Assembly (NCBI GenBank): GCA_037444485.1
Contig: JBBIMI010000003.1
Location: 1,461 to 65,460, forward strand
Direction: 5' to 3'
Source: Candidatus Micrarchaeota archaeon
GTDB taxonomy: Archaea; Micrarchaeota; Micrarchaeia; Norongarragalinales; Norongarragalinaceae
Length of the DNA: 64,000 nucleotides
Positions 55,030 to 64,000 of the stretch are shown piece by piece. The notes beneath the pieces were generated by a model. It did no database searches. It was given only the letters and a program-made list of their open reading frames with translations, and was not told the DNA's origin. How positions within the stretch are numbered: position 1 is the stretch's first letter; each line of letters begins with the position of its first letter. The translations under genes were made by a program, and so were the position numbers.

Positions 55030-55463
55030 AATCTCTTGTTGAAAACGCCTTCTTCGACGAATCCCTCGCGTTCGTAAAGCCTTCTCGCACGCGAGTTGTC
55101 CTCGCTGACCAAGAGCGTGACTCGCTTTAACCCTTTTTCTTTCACGCGCGCTATAGCGCGATGCAGCAAACGCGTTCCAATTCCTTTGCCTCGAAACTCT
55201 TCGAGAACCGCTAGCCCGAGAATGCGGGGCGAGTTGTTGCTAAAGTCTACGTCAACGAAGCCAATAGTGTGGCCGTCTAAAAGAGCGACGTAGTACTCGA
55301 TGTTCTTGTTTTTAAAGCGTTCGAGGACGGAATTCATGTTGAACTTCAAGTAAGGGAAAAACTTGCGCGTCAACACCGTGATCGAATACGCGTGCTTCAA
55401 GCTCGGGCGCGTGATGATTACTTCCTCCAAAATGTTTTGCTCCAAAACAAACCGACCCCACAC
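54990..55463 (-). CDS. GNAT family N-acetyltransferase (RimI-like)
   Basis: LAVLEEFRGKGIGTRLLHRAI (Q/RxxGxG/A acetyl-CoA motif), ...LYEREGF; 40-bp overlap with ubiA-family gene start. Confidence 0.75.
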   Translation of the reverse strand: MWGRFVLEQNILEEVIITRPSLKHAYSITVLTRKFFPYLKFNMNSVLERFKNKNIEYYVALLDGHTIGFVDVDFSNNSPRILGLAVLEEFRGKGIGTRLLHRAIARVKEKGLKRVTLLVSEDNSRARRLYEREGFVEEGVFNKRLWDKTILVYGKNL

Positions 55464-55503
55464 AATTTATTATAATCCGCTGTTATAAAAATTACTTGCA
55501 AAC

Positions 55504-55613
55504 AGCCCCGTCGTATAGTGGTCAAACAGCTTTCCAGCAAAAAAAAGAGAAAGCTGGACTTCGTATGCGGGCCTCTGGAGCCTGAGACGGCGGTTCGAAT
55601 CCGCCCGGGGCTA
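55504..55613 (+). tRNA. tRNA-Gln(CUG) with non-canonical 37-nt intron in D-loop (approx 55526..55562)
   Basis: Manual fold: acceptor AGCCCCG/CGGGGCT (A1-U72 as in archaeal tRNA-Gln), discriminator A, D-stem GTAT/GTAT with terminal G-U pairs (as in archaeal tRNA-Gln GUGU/GCAU), D-loop AGTGGTCAA then inserted ACAGCTTTCCAGCaaaaaaaagagaaaGCTGGACTTC hairpin, anticodon arm CGGGC-CTCTGGA-GCCTG, T-arm GGCGG-TTCGAAT-CCGCC. Confidence 0.65.
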
Positions 55614-55661
55614 CTCTCTTTTAAAAAAAACGCTTGCGTAACAATTCTCAGGTGCGGCGCA

Positions 55662-56432
55662 ATGGGCGTTATCCACGTCAAGAAAAAGAGTTTCCGCTTA
55701 AACAAGTACTGGGTTTTGCTTGTAATCGTAGTCATAGTGCAGGCAATCGCGGTAACAGACTTCGTACTACTCGAAAAAAGACCGTTTCCAGACGCTTTGT
55801 TTGAAAGCATGTGCACCGCGTTGTACGTCGACTGCGCGAGCGGCGCGCTGGTCACGAAAGTAGTGCACGTGTTGCTCGGGTTGACGACGATGGCCGTGCT
55901 TGCCGTAGTGATTACTGAAGGAGTTGATTACTTGATTAAAAACACTTTAGAGGGGAGGGGAATGAAAAAACAAATCAATGCGATGCGCAACCACATCATC
56001 GTATGCGGTTACGGAGAACTAGGCAAGACAGTTTGTCAGACTCTCGCCAACGAAAAAGAAGACTTCGTCGTTATAGACATTGACGCGAAGACAGCAAAAA
56101 AAGTTGCTGACGCTGGCTTTCCAGTAGTTGAAGGCGACGCTTTGGAAGCAAAAACGCTTCAGAAAGCCGGAATCGCGCGCGCCAGGCGCGTTGTAAGCGC
56201 CTTGAACTCTGATTCCTCCAACGTCTTCCTCACGCTCACTGTGAAAGAATTAAACCCGAGGGCAGCAGTCGCAACTCGCGCTTACAGCGAGGACGCCGTT
56301 GGCAAGCTCCACCGCGCAGGCGCCGACGTGATAGTAATGCCAGAGATAATCGGCGGTTTAGAGCTCGCGAAAGAAATACTGGATTTAGAGGACAGCTACG
56401 CAAGCAAACTCGTTTCAAGCAAAAAGAAATAA
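55662..56432 (+). CDS. TrkA-N (RCK, NAD-binding) domain membrane protein, putative K+ transport/channel component
   Basis: Two N-terminal TM helices then Rossmann IIVCGYGELGKTV...VVIDID; ORF-track start trimmed to ATG 55662 to avoid tRNA-Gln overlap. Confidence 0.65.
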   Translation: MGVIHVKKKSFRLNKYWVLLVIVVIVQAIAVTDFVLLEKRPFPDALFESMCTALYVDCASGALVTKVVHVLLGLTTMAVLAVVITEGVDYLIKNTLEGRGMKKQINAMRNHIIVCGYGELGKTVCQTLANEKEDFVVIDIDAKTAKKVADAGFPVVEGDALEAKTLQKAGIARARRVVSALNSDSSNVFLTLTVKELNPRAAVATRAYSEDAVGKLHRAGADVIVMPEIIGGLELAKEILDLEDSYASKLVSSKKK

Positions 56433-56526
56433 CAGAAAGCCCATTGCAAGCGCGAAAATCAGTATCTCCAAAACAAGGCTTTTCAACGCCGGGTCTGACT
56501 CCTCGCTCACAAAAAAAGCACCTTCT

Positions 56527-57180
56527 TCAAGCTGCCTTGCTTTCGGCTTCCTTTTTCTTTTCAAGACGTTGTTTCGTGAGCTTCAAGGCGAAAAACCTTT
56601 CGCTTTCCATGCGGTTCAAGTGGTCGCTTATTTCCTTGATTGCGTCCCGCAATTCCGGTTGGACGTTGAACTCTAACGCGTTCACGCGCCTGTTCGTCTT
56701 CTCGATTTCCTTCAACAACCTCTTGAGCGCGCTTTCAGTTTCAGCTAGCTTCACCGCCAAGTTAAGCGAGGTTTCAAACGCTTCAACGCACTCGTCAAAC
56801 TTCGCGCTTCCATCCCGCACGTCGTAACCCCTATCGAGAAGAGAGCGTGAAACTAGAGTGCTGCGAATAGTTGGAATACGCACTCCCATGACGTTCTTCA
56901 CGCTTACCTCTATTCCAGGCGCTTCTCGAGAGTAAAGCGAAGCTGTTTCTAGAAAAAGCTTGCCGTGAAAAGCTGTTGCAAGCGCGAGGGCTTTAAAAGA
57001 GTGCGCGACTTGCGCGTCCAACTGCGAACGCAAGTCTTTCGCTTGCTTTACTACTGCAAAGAATTCTAGAATTAAAGCGTCGCGTTTTTTCTTGAGGATT
57101 TCGTAGCCTTTTTCTGCGAGCTGCAGCTTTTGCTTTGTGTCCAAAAGCTCCATTCTCGTCGGCTTGAGTCCTTCCTTCAA
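56527..57180 (-). CDS. atpD: V-type ATP synthase subunit D
   Basis: 217 aa coiled-coil; MKEGLKPTRMELLDTKQKLQLAEKGYEILKKKRDAL matches V/A-ATPase D N-terminus; last gene of operon. Confidence 0.85.
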   Translation of the reverse strand: MKEGLKPTRMELLDTKQKLQLAEKGYEILKKKRDALILEFFAVVKQAKDLRSQLDAQVAHSFKALALATAFHGKLFLETASLYSREAPGIEVSVKNVMGVRIPTIRSTLVSRSLLDRGYDVRDGSAKFDECVEAFETSLNLAVKLAETESALKRLLKEIEKTNRRVNALEFNVQPELRDAIKEISDHLNRMESERFFALKLTKQRLEKKKEAESKAA

Positions 57181-57194
57181 CGTTGTTCAACCCT

Positions 57195-58577
57195 CTATTG
57201 TTTCCTGTACTTGCGCCCGTATTTTTCCAAGTGTTCAGGCTTCACGCGCTTCAACTCGCTCTCCGGAATAGATGCAAGCAACTCCCAACCGAGTTCGAGA
57301 CTCTCTTCAACATCGCGGTTTTCGTATTTTCCTTGACTCACGTACCGTTGTTCAAACGCGTTTGCGAATGCGAGAAACTTTTTATCCCGCTCGCTCAACG
57401 CTTCTTCGCCGACGACTGCAACCAAGTTACGCAAGTCGCGTCCTTCCGCGTAACAAGCGTACAACTGTGACGAAACCCCGGAGTGGTCTTCACGCGTGTG
57501 CTGCGGGCCGATTCCCAGCTGCATTAAACGCGATAGTGACGGCAGCACGTCAATGCAGGGATAAATGTTTTTTCTGTTCAAATCACGGCTCAACACTATT
57601 TGGCCTTCAGTAATATAGCCAGTCAAGTCTGGAATGGGGTGAGTGATGTCCTCTTCAGGCATCGTCAAAATAGGCAGTTGCGTGATGCTTCCTTTTTTGC
57701 CTTTAATCACGCCCGCGCGTTCATAAATGCTAGCCAAGTCCGTATACAAATAGCCGGGGTAACCGCGGCGGCCCGGCACTTCCTGCCTTGCGGCGGCAAT
57801 TTCGCGCAACGCGTCCGCGTAGTTCGTCATGTCGGTCAAGATGACGAGAACTTGCATGTCCCGCTCGAAAGCCAAGTATTCGGCAGTCGTCAACGCCAAG
57901 CGGGGCGTGATCAAGCGTTCGACGCTCGGGTCGTTCGCGAGATTCAAGAACAGCACGCTGCGTTCGAGAGCGCCTGTTTTTTCGAAGTCACGCATGAAGA
58001 AACTCGCTTCAGCGTAAGTAATGCCCATCGCAGCGAATACGACGACAAAATCCGTCTTTTCACCCTTAATCGTCGCTTGCCTGGCGATCTGCACTGCAAT
58101 GTCGTTGTGCGGCAAGCCTGCAGTCGAAAAGATTGGTAGCTTCTGCCCGCGAACTAGCGTGTTCATGACGTCTAACGTGGACAAGCCAGTTTGAATAAAA
58201 TCATGCGGCTCAGCGCGTGCGCTGGGATTGATTGCAACCCCGTTGACGTCCAGCTTTTCCTTTGAAATAATGGGCGGACCGCCGTCCACCGGCTCGCCGC
58301 TTCCATCGAAAACGCGTCCAAGCATCTCGTCACTTACCGGAATTCTCAGGGTTTCTTTCTGGAAGCGCACGCGAGTGAGTTTCGTGTCCAAGCCAGTGGT
58401 TTCTCCGAACACTTGCACTGCAGCCAAACCGCGCGAGGATTCGAGCACTTGACCGCGTTTCTTCTCGCCGTTCGGAAGAATGATTTCCACGGTTTCATTG
58501 TAAGCGGCGTCTTCAACGCCTTCAACGAAGACTATTGGACCGAAAATTTGTTTAACGCTCTGAAATTCCTTAATCAC
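57195..58577 (-). CDS. atpB: V-type ATP synthase subunit B
   Basis: 460 aa; regulatory-subunit signature ...[22 protein letters not shown]... and [31 protein letters not shown]. Confidence 0.95.
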   Translation of the reverse strand: MIKEFQSVKQIFGPIVFVEGVEDAAYNETVEIILPNGEKKRGQVLESSRGLAAVQVFGETTGLDTKLTRVRFQKETLRIPVSDEMLGRVFDGSGEPVDGGPPIISKEKLDVNGVAINPSARAEPHDFIQTGLSTLDVMNTLVRGQKLPIFSTAGLPHNDIAVQIARQATIKGEKTDFVVVFAAMGITYAEASFFMRDFEKTGALERSVLFLNLANDPSVERLITPRLALTTAEYLAFERDMQVLVILTDMTNYADALREIAAARQEVPGRRGYPGYLYTDLASIYERAGVIKGKKGSITQLPILTMPEEDITHPIPDLTGYITEGQIVLSRDLNRKNIYPCIDVLPSLSRLMQLGIGPQHTREDHSGVSSQLYACYAEGRDLRNLVAVVGEEALSERDKKFLAFANAFEQRYVSQGKYENRDVEESLELGWELLASIPESELKRVKPEHLEKYGRKYRKQ

Positions 58578-58614
58578 GTGAAACCACCTTTTTGTTTAAG
58601 CATGTTTTTTTGTT

Positions 58615-60348
58615 TCAAGAGTGTTTAGCCGATAGTGAAGAGTCGATTGACTTCATCAAGTCGCTTACTTTCTTTTCGAATCCTTCGTCGCGAGTGCGCT
58701 TCAACTGCGCGATTTCCTGCCGTTCCTTGATTCCCAAAATCTTTTCGAAAGGTATTTCCATCGCCAACGCCGCAACCGCCTTTTCGTAGTAATGCATGAT
58801 TACCTTCAACAGCCAGTATTGTTTCTGCGGCGGCGAGTAAGCGTCGATTTCCTCGAAAGAGTGTTGCTGCAGGAAGTCTTCACGAATCATCTTCGTCGCT
58901 TCAAGAACAAGCCTCTCGCGTTCCGGCAGCGCGTCCGGACCGACGAGCTGCACTATAGCCTGCAATTCAGCTTCTTTTTGCAGCAACTCCATTGCTTTCG
59001 CGCGCAGAGGCATGAAGTCGGGCGCCACGTGCTTCGCGTAGTAATCCGAGAGTTCGTCGAGGTAAAGCGAGTACGACTTCAACCAATTGATTGCGGGATA
59101 GTGCCGGCGTCTTGCGAGGCTGGAATCAAGCGCCCAGAAGGCTTTCGTGATGCGAAGAGTTCCTTGTGAGACGGGTTCGCTGATGTCGCCGCCAGGCGGA
59201 GAAACAGCGCCGATTATCGAAACGCTTCCCACTCGCGCTGGAGAACCGAGGCAGTCGACGCGTCCGCTGCGTTCGTAGAACTCGGCGAGCTTACGCGACA
59301 AGTAAGCTGGGTAGCCTTCTTCTCCAGGCATTTCTTCCATGCGCCCGCTGATTTCACGCATTGCTTCTGCCCAGCGCGAAGTCGAGTCGGCCATGAGCGC
59401 GACGTCGAAACCCATGTCGCGATAATACTCGGCAATCGTAACGCCGGTGTAAATGCTTGCTTCGCGAGCTGCGACAGGCATGTTAGACGTGTTCGCTATG
59501 AGCACAGTTCGGTTCATCAACGGTTTTTTGGTTTTCGGGTCTAAGAGTTCGGGAAATTGAGTCAACACTTCAGTCATTTCATTCCCGCGTTCGCCGCAGC
59601 CGATGTAAACAATTATGTCCGCATCCGCGTACTTCGCCAAATCCTGCTGCGTCACGGTTTTTCCAGTTCCGAAGCCGCCTGGAATTGCTGCAGTTCCTCC
59701 TTTCGCGATTGGAAAAAACGTGTCGAGAATTCTTTTTCCGGAAACCAGTGGGACTTCGAAACGCTTTTTTTCTTTGTATGGCCGCGAGACGCGGACAGGC
59801 CATTTTTGCATTAAGGAAATTTTCTTGCCGCCGACTTTCGCTATCTCCTCTTCGACCGTGAAGGAACCTTCGCTTATGCTTTCGAGAGTTCCTTCAATTT
59901 TGGGCGGGACGAGAATCCTATGCTCCAAGTCGCCTTCCTTGACTGTTCCTAGAACGTCGCCTGGCGAGAGTTTAGCACCTTTCTTTGCAGTCGGCTTGAA
60001 AGCCCATTTTTTCTTTCTGTCGAGCGATGGGACGTAGACTCCTCGGGTGATGAAGTCGCCAGTGTCTTTACGAATCGCTTCGAGCGGGCGCTGGATTCCG
60101 TCGAAGACAGTAGTCAACAACCCAGGCCCTAGTTCGACTTGCAAGGGCGCGCCTGTCGCTTCAATGGGGTCGCCGGGTTTCAAACCGCTCGTGTCTTCGT
60201 AAACTTGAATGCTGGCTTCGTCGCCGTGCAAAGCAATGATTTCGCCCAAAAGCTTTTCCTTCCCGACTTTTACGACTTCATTGATAGTAGTTCCCTTCAT
60301 TCCTTTTCCTACGATGAGCGGTCCAGAGATTCTAGCTAATTCACCCAT
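58615..60348 (-). CDS. atpA: V-type ATP synthase catalytic subunit A
   Basis: 577 aa; Walker [11 protein letters not shown], ...[28 protein letters not shown]... Confidence 0.95.
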   Translation of the reverse strand: MGELARISGPLIVGKGMKGTTINEVVKVGKEKLLGEIIALHGDEASIQVYEDTSGLKPGDPIEATGAPLQVELGPGLLTTVFDGIQRPLEAIRKDTGDFITRGVYVPSLDRKKKWAFKPTAKKGAKLSPGDVLGTVKEGDLEHRILVPPKIEGTLESISEGSFTVEEEIAKVGGKKISLMQKWPVRVSRPYKEKKRFEVPLVSGKRILDTFFPIAKGGTAAIPGGFGTGKTVTQQDLAKYADADIIVYIGCGERGNEMTEVLTQFPELLDPKTKKPLMNRTVLIANTSNMPVAAREASIYTGVTIAEYYRDMGFDVALMADSTSRWAEAMREISGRMEEMPGEEGYPAYLSRKLAEFYERSGRVDCLGSPARVGSVSIIGAVSPPGGDISEPVSQGTLRITKAFWALDSSLARRRHYPAINWLKSYSLYLDELSDYYAKHVAPDFMPLRAKAMELLQKEAELQAIVQLVGPDALPERERLVLEATKMIREDFLQQHSFEEIDAYSPPQKQYWLLKVIMHYYEKAVAALAMEIPFEKILGIKERQEIAQLKRTRDEGFEKKVSDLMKSIDSSLSAKHS

Positions 60349-60375
60349 TCTAAAACAACCTCCTTTTTCAAAAAA

Positions 60376-60693
60376 TTATTTTGCTGTCAAGTCAACTCCA
60401 ATGGCTTTCTTTATCATCAAAGCAAGCGGATTAACTCCAGTCGGCCTTACAGTCTTTCCCGGAATCGTCAGCACCACGGGTTTGGCGAGCGTTTCAATCG
60501 CCTTCAGCGTTTTTTGTGAAAACAACTTTTGCGTGTCTTCAGACAAGATAATCAAACCCACTTTCTCGTCCGCAGTCAATTCGAGAAATTTTTCGTCTGC
60601 ATTCTGAGCGTTCGCTACAACCGCGCGTCGGACGCCTGCTAGTTTGAAGCCGACGACAGTCTCTTCATCCCCCAAAACAGCGATTTCTTCCAT
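60376..60693 (-). CDS. atpF: V-type ATP synthase subunit F
   Basis: 105 aa; MEEIAVLGDEETVVGFKLAGV... typical subunit F. Confidence 0.8.
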   Translation of the reverse strand: MEEIAVLGDEETVVGFKLAGVRRAVVANAQNADEKFLELTADEKVGLIILSEDTQKLFSQKTLKAIETLAKPVVLTIPGKTVRPTGVNPLALMIKKAIGVDLTAK

Positions 60694-60699
60694 AACTCA

Positions 60700-61725
60700 T
60701 CACAAGTTTACCGCGAATACAGCGTCCTTCAACTCGTCTTTGACGCCGAAGTTGGTGGCGTAAACGATTTTCTGGATGTTGCTCAACTCGATTAACTTGA
60801 GGTAGTAATAACCGAGGACCGCTCCGAAGCTCAAGACGCTCAAGCGGAAGTCACGCAAAGCGTTTTCCACGAACTTTCTTTCGAGAGCGACTTCAACGCG
60901 CGCGATTGACTCGCGCTCGTTCGCCGGAATGGTGACGTGAAACTCTTTCTCGGCGATTGAAACGCCGTCGGAATAGCTTTTGCTGGCGAGCACGTGGCGC
61001 ACCTTGCGCGACAAGGGCTGCGTCAAGCGGGGGGTTATTTCCTTCTCGCTTAAACCGGTCTTCTTCAAACGTAGAGAAAGCACCGCGTTGGTGTAATCGA
61101 GTCGGTCTTGCAATAGTTTTTTGACTAGAGCGTCTTTTTCGGCTTGCAGGGTTTTCGTCAAGAAAGCAGAGTAGTAATCGTTTAAAGCGCCTGCGAGGAT
61201 GCGGAAGTCTTTCGTCTTTTCGAACTGCTTTACCAGCGATTCTGGAAAGACCGAGCCGTACTCGCTCTTCCGCAGCGCGGCAAGCGCTTCAGTGTAATCG
61301 TGTGCTTTAAGCATTTTTTCTATCAGCGGGGCGTTTTGTTCGCTTGCGTTCACCAAATCGCCTTTCACAACCTCCAAACCAAGGACTTTCTTGGCGATTA
61401 TGGTCTTCAAATCGCGGATTTCGAGTTCCATCGACAGGATTCTGAATTTCTCGCGCGCTTTCTTCGGCAGGAAGAAATAAATTTTCTTGAGTGTTGCAGA
61501 CAAGTTTTCTTGAAGCGCTCGCGAAACGAGTTCGGTTCCAGAATACTCTGAAGACAACTTCACCAAGAACGGCTTGTAAACCGCGTCTTCTTCCAGGAGT
61601 TCCACTACTTCGTTTACGGAACCGACTTCAAGCATTTCCTTGACTACGGTTTCCTTCAACAAACGCGATTTCATTGCTTTGACGCGCGCGTTGACGTACG
61701 AGTAACTCAAGTCCATAAACTTCAC
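60700..61725 (-). CDS. atpC: V-type ATP synthase subunit C
   Basis: 341 aa helical protein in canonical position between E and F. Confidence 0.8.
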   Translation of the reverse strand: MKFMDLSYSYVNARVKAMKSRLLKETVVKEMLEVGSVNEVVELLEEDAVYKPFLVKLSSEYSGTELVSRALQENLSATLKKIYFFLPKKAREKFRILSMELEIRDLKTIIAKKVLGLEVVKGDLVNASEQNAPLIEKMLKAHDYTEALAALRKSEYGSVFPESLVKQFEKTKDFRILAGALNDYYSAFLTKTLQAEKDALVKKLLQDRLDYTNAVLSLRLKKTGLSEKEITPRLTQPLSRKVRHVLASKSYSDGVSIAEKEFHVTIPANERESIARVEVALERKFVENALRDFRLSVLSFGAVLGYYYLKLIELSNIQKIVYATNFGVKDELKDAVFAVNL

Positions 61726-62369
61726 TTACGCTTCTTTTTCTTCGGCTTTACAGCCTTCGCCTTTGCAGCCTGCTTCGGGCGCGGTTTGGGTTCAAGCGCT
61801 TTGGGTTTTGCTTTCCTCGCAAAGAATTGTTCGAAAGCCATTTGCTTCAATTCATTCGCGTGTTCTTCGAGTAAAGCCTCAAAAGAATTGTCTACGCGGA
61901 GCCTTCCGTCACGCGAAGTGACCACAACGCCTCCAATCACGTCAAGCGTTGGGTTGACGTTCCCGTATTTTTTCGCAAGCGCGGCGTCGCGTTTGTTTAC
62001 GTGAAACACGCAGTTTTCGCCTGCAACGCGTTTGCCTTCTTCAACGAGTTGGTCGAAGATTTTCGGGTACTCGCGCGTTTGCGTGAGTTTTTCAAGCTCG
62101 CGTTTGACTTCCTTGAGCGCTTCGTCTAGAACCGCGTTTCTGGCGTCCGCAATGATTTTTTTTGCTGTCAAGCGCGCTGCGTAAACGCCGACTTCCTTCT
62201 GCGCGACTTCAGCCTTCGTCTTTTCAGCTTCCTTCGCGAGGAGTGCTTTCGCTTGCTCCCGCGCTTCGCCGAGGATTTTTTCGGCTTCGGCTTGCGCTTC
62301 GCGCAGCAGTCTAGCGGCTTCGCTTGAAGCTTGCTTGCTTATTTCCTGACGTAATTCATTCAAACCCAT
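61722..62369 (-). CDS. atpE: V-type ATP synthase subunit E with Lys-rich C-terminal tail
   Basis: 215 aa; N-terminal long helix LRQEISKQASSEAARLLREAQAEAEKIL; C-terminal KAKPKALEPKPRPKQAAKAKAVKPKKKKRK. Confidence 0.8.
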   Translation of the reverse strand: MGLNELRQEISKQASSEAARLLREAQAEAEKILGEAREQAKALLAKEAEKTKAEVAQKEVGVYAARLTAKKIIADARNAVLDEALKEVKRELEKLTQTREYPKIFDQLVEEGKRVAGENCVFHVNKRDAALAKKYGNVNPTLDVIGGVVVTSRDGRLRVDNSFEALLEEHANELKQMAFEQFFARKAKPKALEPKPRPKQAAKAKAVKPKKKKRK

Positions 62370-62435
62370 GGTTTTTCACTTAGGGGGCTTTCACAAGTAA
62401 AGCCCTTTTTTTCGCTAACCGTCTTCAACGGTTTT

Positions 62436-62663
62436 TTATTTTATTGACGAAATGATTAGGTAAGCGACAACGAAGCCCAGGATGACCATGGTTTCGGGAA
62501 GCGCTAGGAAAAGCAAGACTTTGCCTTCCGCCCCCTCTTTCTCGGCCATCAAGCCCATTCCAGCCGAACCAATGGCGCTTTGCACCCAAGCGGTTCCAAG
62601 CGCGCCCAGCCCGACTGCAAGAGCCGCGCCCACGCCAACCAATCCACTTCCAAAGTCAACCAA
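62436..62663 (-). CDS. atpK: V-type ATP synthase proteolipid subunit K
   Basis: 75 aa two-TM hairpin, Gly/Ala-rich, conserved Glu in TM2 (LALPETMVILGF). Confidence 0.85.
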   Translation of the reverse strand: MVDFGSGLVGVGAALAVGLGALGTAWVQSAIGSAGMGLMAEKEGAEGKVLLFLALPETMVILGFVVAYLIISSIK

Positions 62664-62691
62664 TTTTTCAACACCTCTCTCTTGTTTTAAC

Positions 62692-64000
62692 TTAAATGTT
62701 TTTCTCCCGCAAGGGAAGAAACGGAATGCCTCCGCCGTGATAAAACTTGCTGAAAAACTCCACGTAATGCAAACGAAGCGACTGAATCGACGCTTCGAAA
62801 ATCCCTAACAACAGTGCAGTGAAGTGCCCGAAAACAAACAACAAGCCGAACAACGTGAAGGAAACAATCGTGACAGGGTTTGATAACGACACCGTCAACG
62901 GCAGTTGATTGATTATCAAAGCAAGAATAACGCCTGAAACGCCGAGAGCCATAATCCTTAGATACGAGAAAAGATTGCTGAACAGCGTGAAGACTTCAAA
63001 GAAAGCCATTGCGCCTTCGCAAACCATTATTCCCACTAACGCGATTACCGTAAGCGGAAGGGAAACGCTTGGCGTGAGAATCGCAGCCATGGGTTTGAAC
63101 AACTCGAAAAACGCGATGTTCGCTGAAGCGGTGAAGAAGGAGAGGATGCTGAATTCGAGCAAAAGCCAAAAGGCTTTCGCAGCCGCGTGCTTCCAGTGCC
63201 TCGCGCGCGCGTTCTCAAAAACACCGATTGCAAAGCCAGCTGCCAAGTGAATAAAGCCGACGAGAACAGTCAACGCAATCAAGAACTGTAAGCCTTGTTC
63301 TTCAACGCGGTGAATCAACGGATGCAGTTCGTACCCGAGAATGTTCTCGAAGCCGAAGAACTCGCCGTAAATAAAGCCGAAGAAAATCGTGAACAACGCA
63401 GAGAACATCATGATGCCGCTCGCATTGCGGAAAAATCCTTTCGAAAACTTCGAGCGAATCACGAGCGCGAGGGCAAGCGCGGCCAAGCCGTAGCCGACGT
63501 CGCCTAAAATCATGCCGAAAAACAACGGGAAAGTCAAGGAAATCAAGAGCGTGGGGTCGACGTCATGCACGCCCGGCAGCGAGAAGAACTTCACAAAAAA
63601 CTCGAAGGGCTTGAAAGTCTTGGGATTCTTCAAAAGCACGGGACTCGGCTCGTGCTCGCCGAGTTTCACGTCTTCCAACACAAAGCGTTTACCCAAGGTT
63701 TTCTCTAGGGAAGCGCGGAGTTTTTCGCGCAAAGGCGTTGGAATCCAGCCTTCAAGCATTAACGTCCGCTCGCTCTCTCCAAAACGAGCAGGCAAACTCG
63801 CCTCCTCCGCTTTTAATTCAAGCGCTTCGCGTAGCGAAACGATTTTGGTGAAAAAGAGCTTCTTGAACGCGTTCAACTCGCGCAACACTAACGCGCGTTG
63901 CTCCGCGTTTTCAGCGAGTTCTCCCTCGATTTTCGCGATCTCGTCTCTGAAAAACTCGCTTTCAACAACCGGAATCGCGAGTTCGTTAGCAACGAACGGC
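62692..64000 (-). CDS. atpI: V-type ATP synthase subunit I (a-subunit), C-terminal membrane domain and part of cytoplasmic domain; 5' end beyond window
   Basis: Polytopic domain; reading frame hand-checked open from 63888 to 64000 (…PFVANELAIPVVESEFFRDEIAKIEGELAENAEQRALV…), so ORF-track GTG start is internal. Confidence 0.85.
   Translation of the reverse strand, partial: PFVANELAIPVVESEFFRDEIAKIEGELAENAEQRALVLRELNAFKKLFFTKIVSLREALELKAEEASLPARFGESERTLMLEGWIPTPLREKLRASLEKTLGKRFVLEDVKLGEHEPSPVLLKNPKTFKPFEFFVKFFSLPGVHDVDPTLLISLTFPLFFGMILGDVGYGLAALALALVIRSKFSKGFFRNASGIMMFSALFTIFFGFIYGEFFGFENILGYELHPLIHRVEEQGLQFLIALTVLVGFIHLAAGFAIGVFENARARHWKHAAAKAFWLLLEFSILSFFTASANIAFFELFKPMAAILTPSVSLPLTVIALVGIMVCEGAMAFFEVFTLFSNLFSYLRIMALGVSGVILALIINQLPLTVSLSNPVTIVSFTLFGLLFVFGHFTALLLGIFEASIQSLRLHYVEFFSKFYHGGGIPFLPLREKNI

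Noticed and set aside
55518-55661. N-terminal 48 codons of the ORF-track call 55518..56432
   Set aside because: This segment overlaps the tRNA-Gln gene on the same strand; a good ATG at 55662 precedes the first TM helix, so the CDS was trimmed.

Overview
The window is an archaeal chromosomal segment of about 50% GC with compact genes and no rRNA, CRISPR array or recognisable transposase. The gene content and the tRNA features suggest a small-genome archaeon, possibly DPANN-like, but that is an inference.

Most of the window is housekeeping:
- a complete V-type ATP synthase operon on the minus strand in the order I-K-E-C-F-A-B-D, with subunit I running off the 3' end of the window;
- SMC and ScpA, FtsZ, Orc1/Cdc6, GatD and GatE, FtsY, Spt5, SecE, aIF6, an IF-2B-family protein and prefoldin alpha;
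- ribosomal proteins L11, L15e, L31e, S19e and a missed small L39e gene;
- TyrRS and the N-terminal ~500 aa of AlaRS, which runs off the 5' end of the window;
- tRNA modification enzymes Trm1, TrmI and Elp3, together with an NcsA/TtuA-type thiolase and a GG-ended ThiS/MoaD/SAMP-like protein;
- lipid and glycosylation genes: geranylgeranyl reductase, a UbiA prenyltransferase, a CDP-alcohol phosphatidyltransferase, a GT2 dolichyl-phosphate sugar synthase and a sugar-nucleotidyltransferase.

Accessory content:
- a type IV pilus-like locus with two class-III-signal pilins, two TadC/FlaJ-like membrane proteins and a FlaI/TadA-like ATPase;
- a 1367-aa secreted, membrane-anchored surface protein;
- a VapBC pair followed by two micro-ORFs;
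- a JAMM/MPN metalloprotease;
- a secreted zinc-hydrolase of the PLC/P1-nuclease type;
- an Lrp/AsnC regulator divergent from a truncated AsnA/AspRS-like fragment.

All three tRNAs found by eye contain introns:
- tRNA-Thr(UGU) has a 111-nt intron at the canonical position;
- tRNA-Ile(UAU), an unusual anticodon, has a 38-nt intron at the canonical position;
- tRNA-Gln(CUG) has a non-canonical 37-nt intron in the D-loop.

The non-coding features that stand out:
- a ~198-bp GC-palindrome-rich element present twice at ~94% identity, one copy beside orc1/cdc6 and an AT-rich tract;
- short gene-specific tandem repeats, often with ~10-bp periodicity, in many intergenic and promoter regions;
- long polypurine or CA-rich tracts between genes and inside the tRNA-Thr intron.
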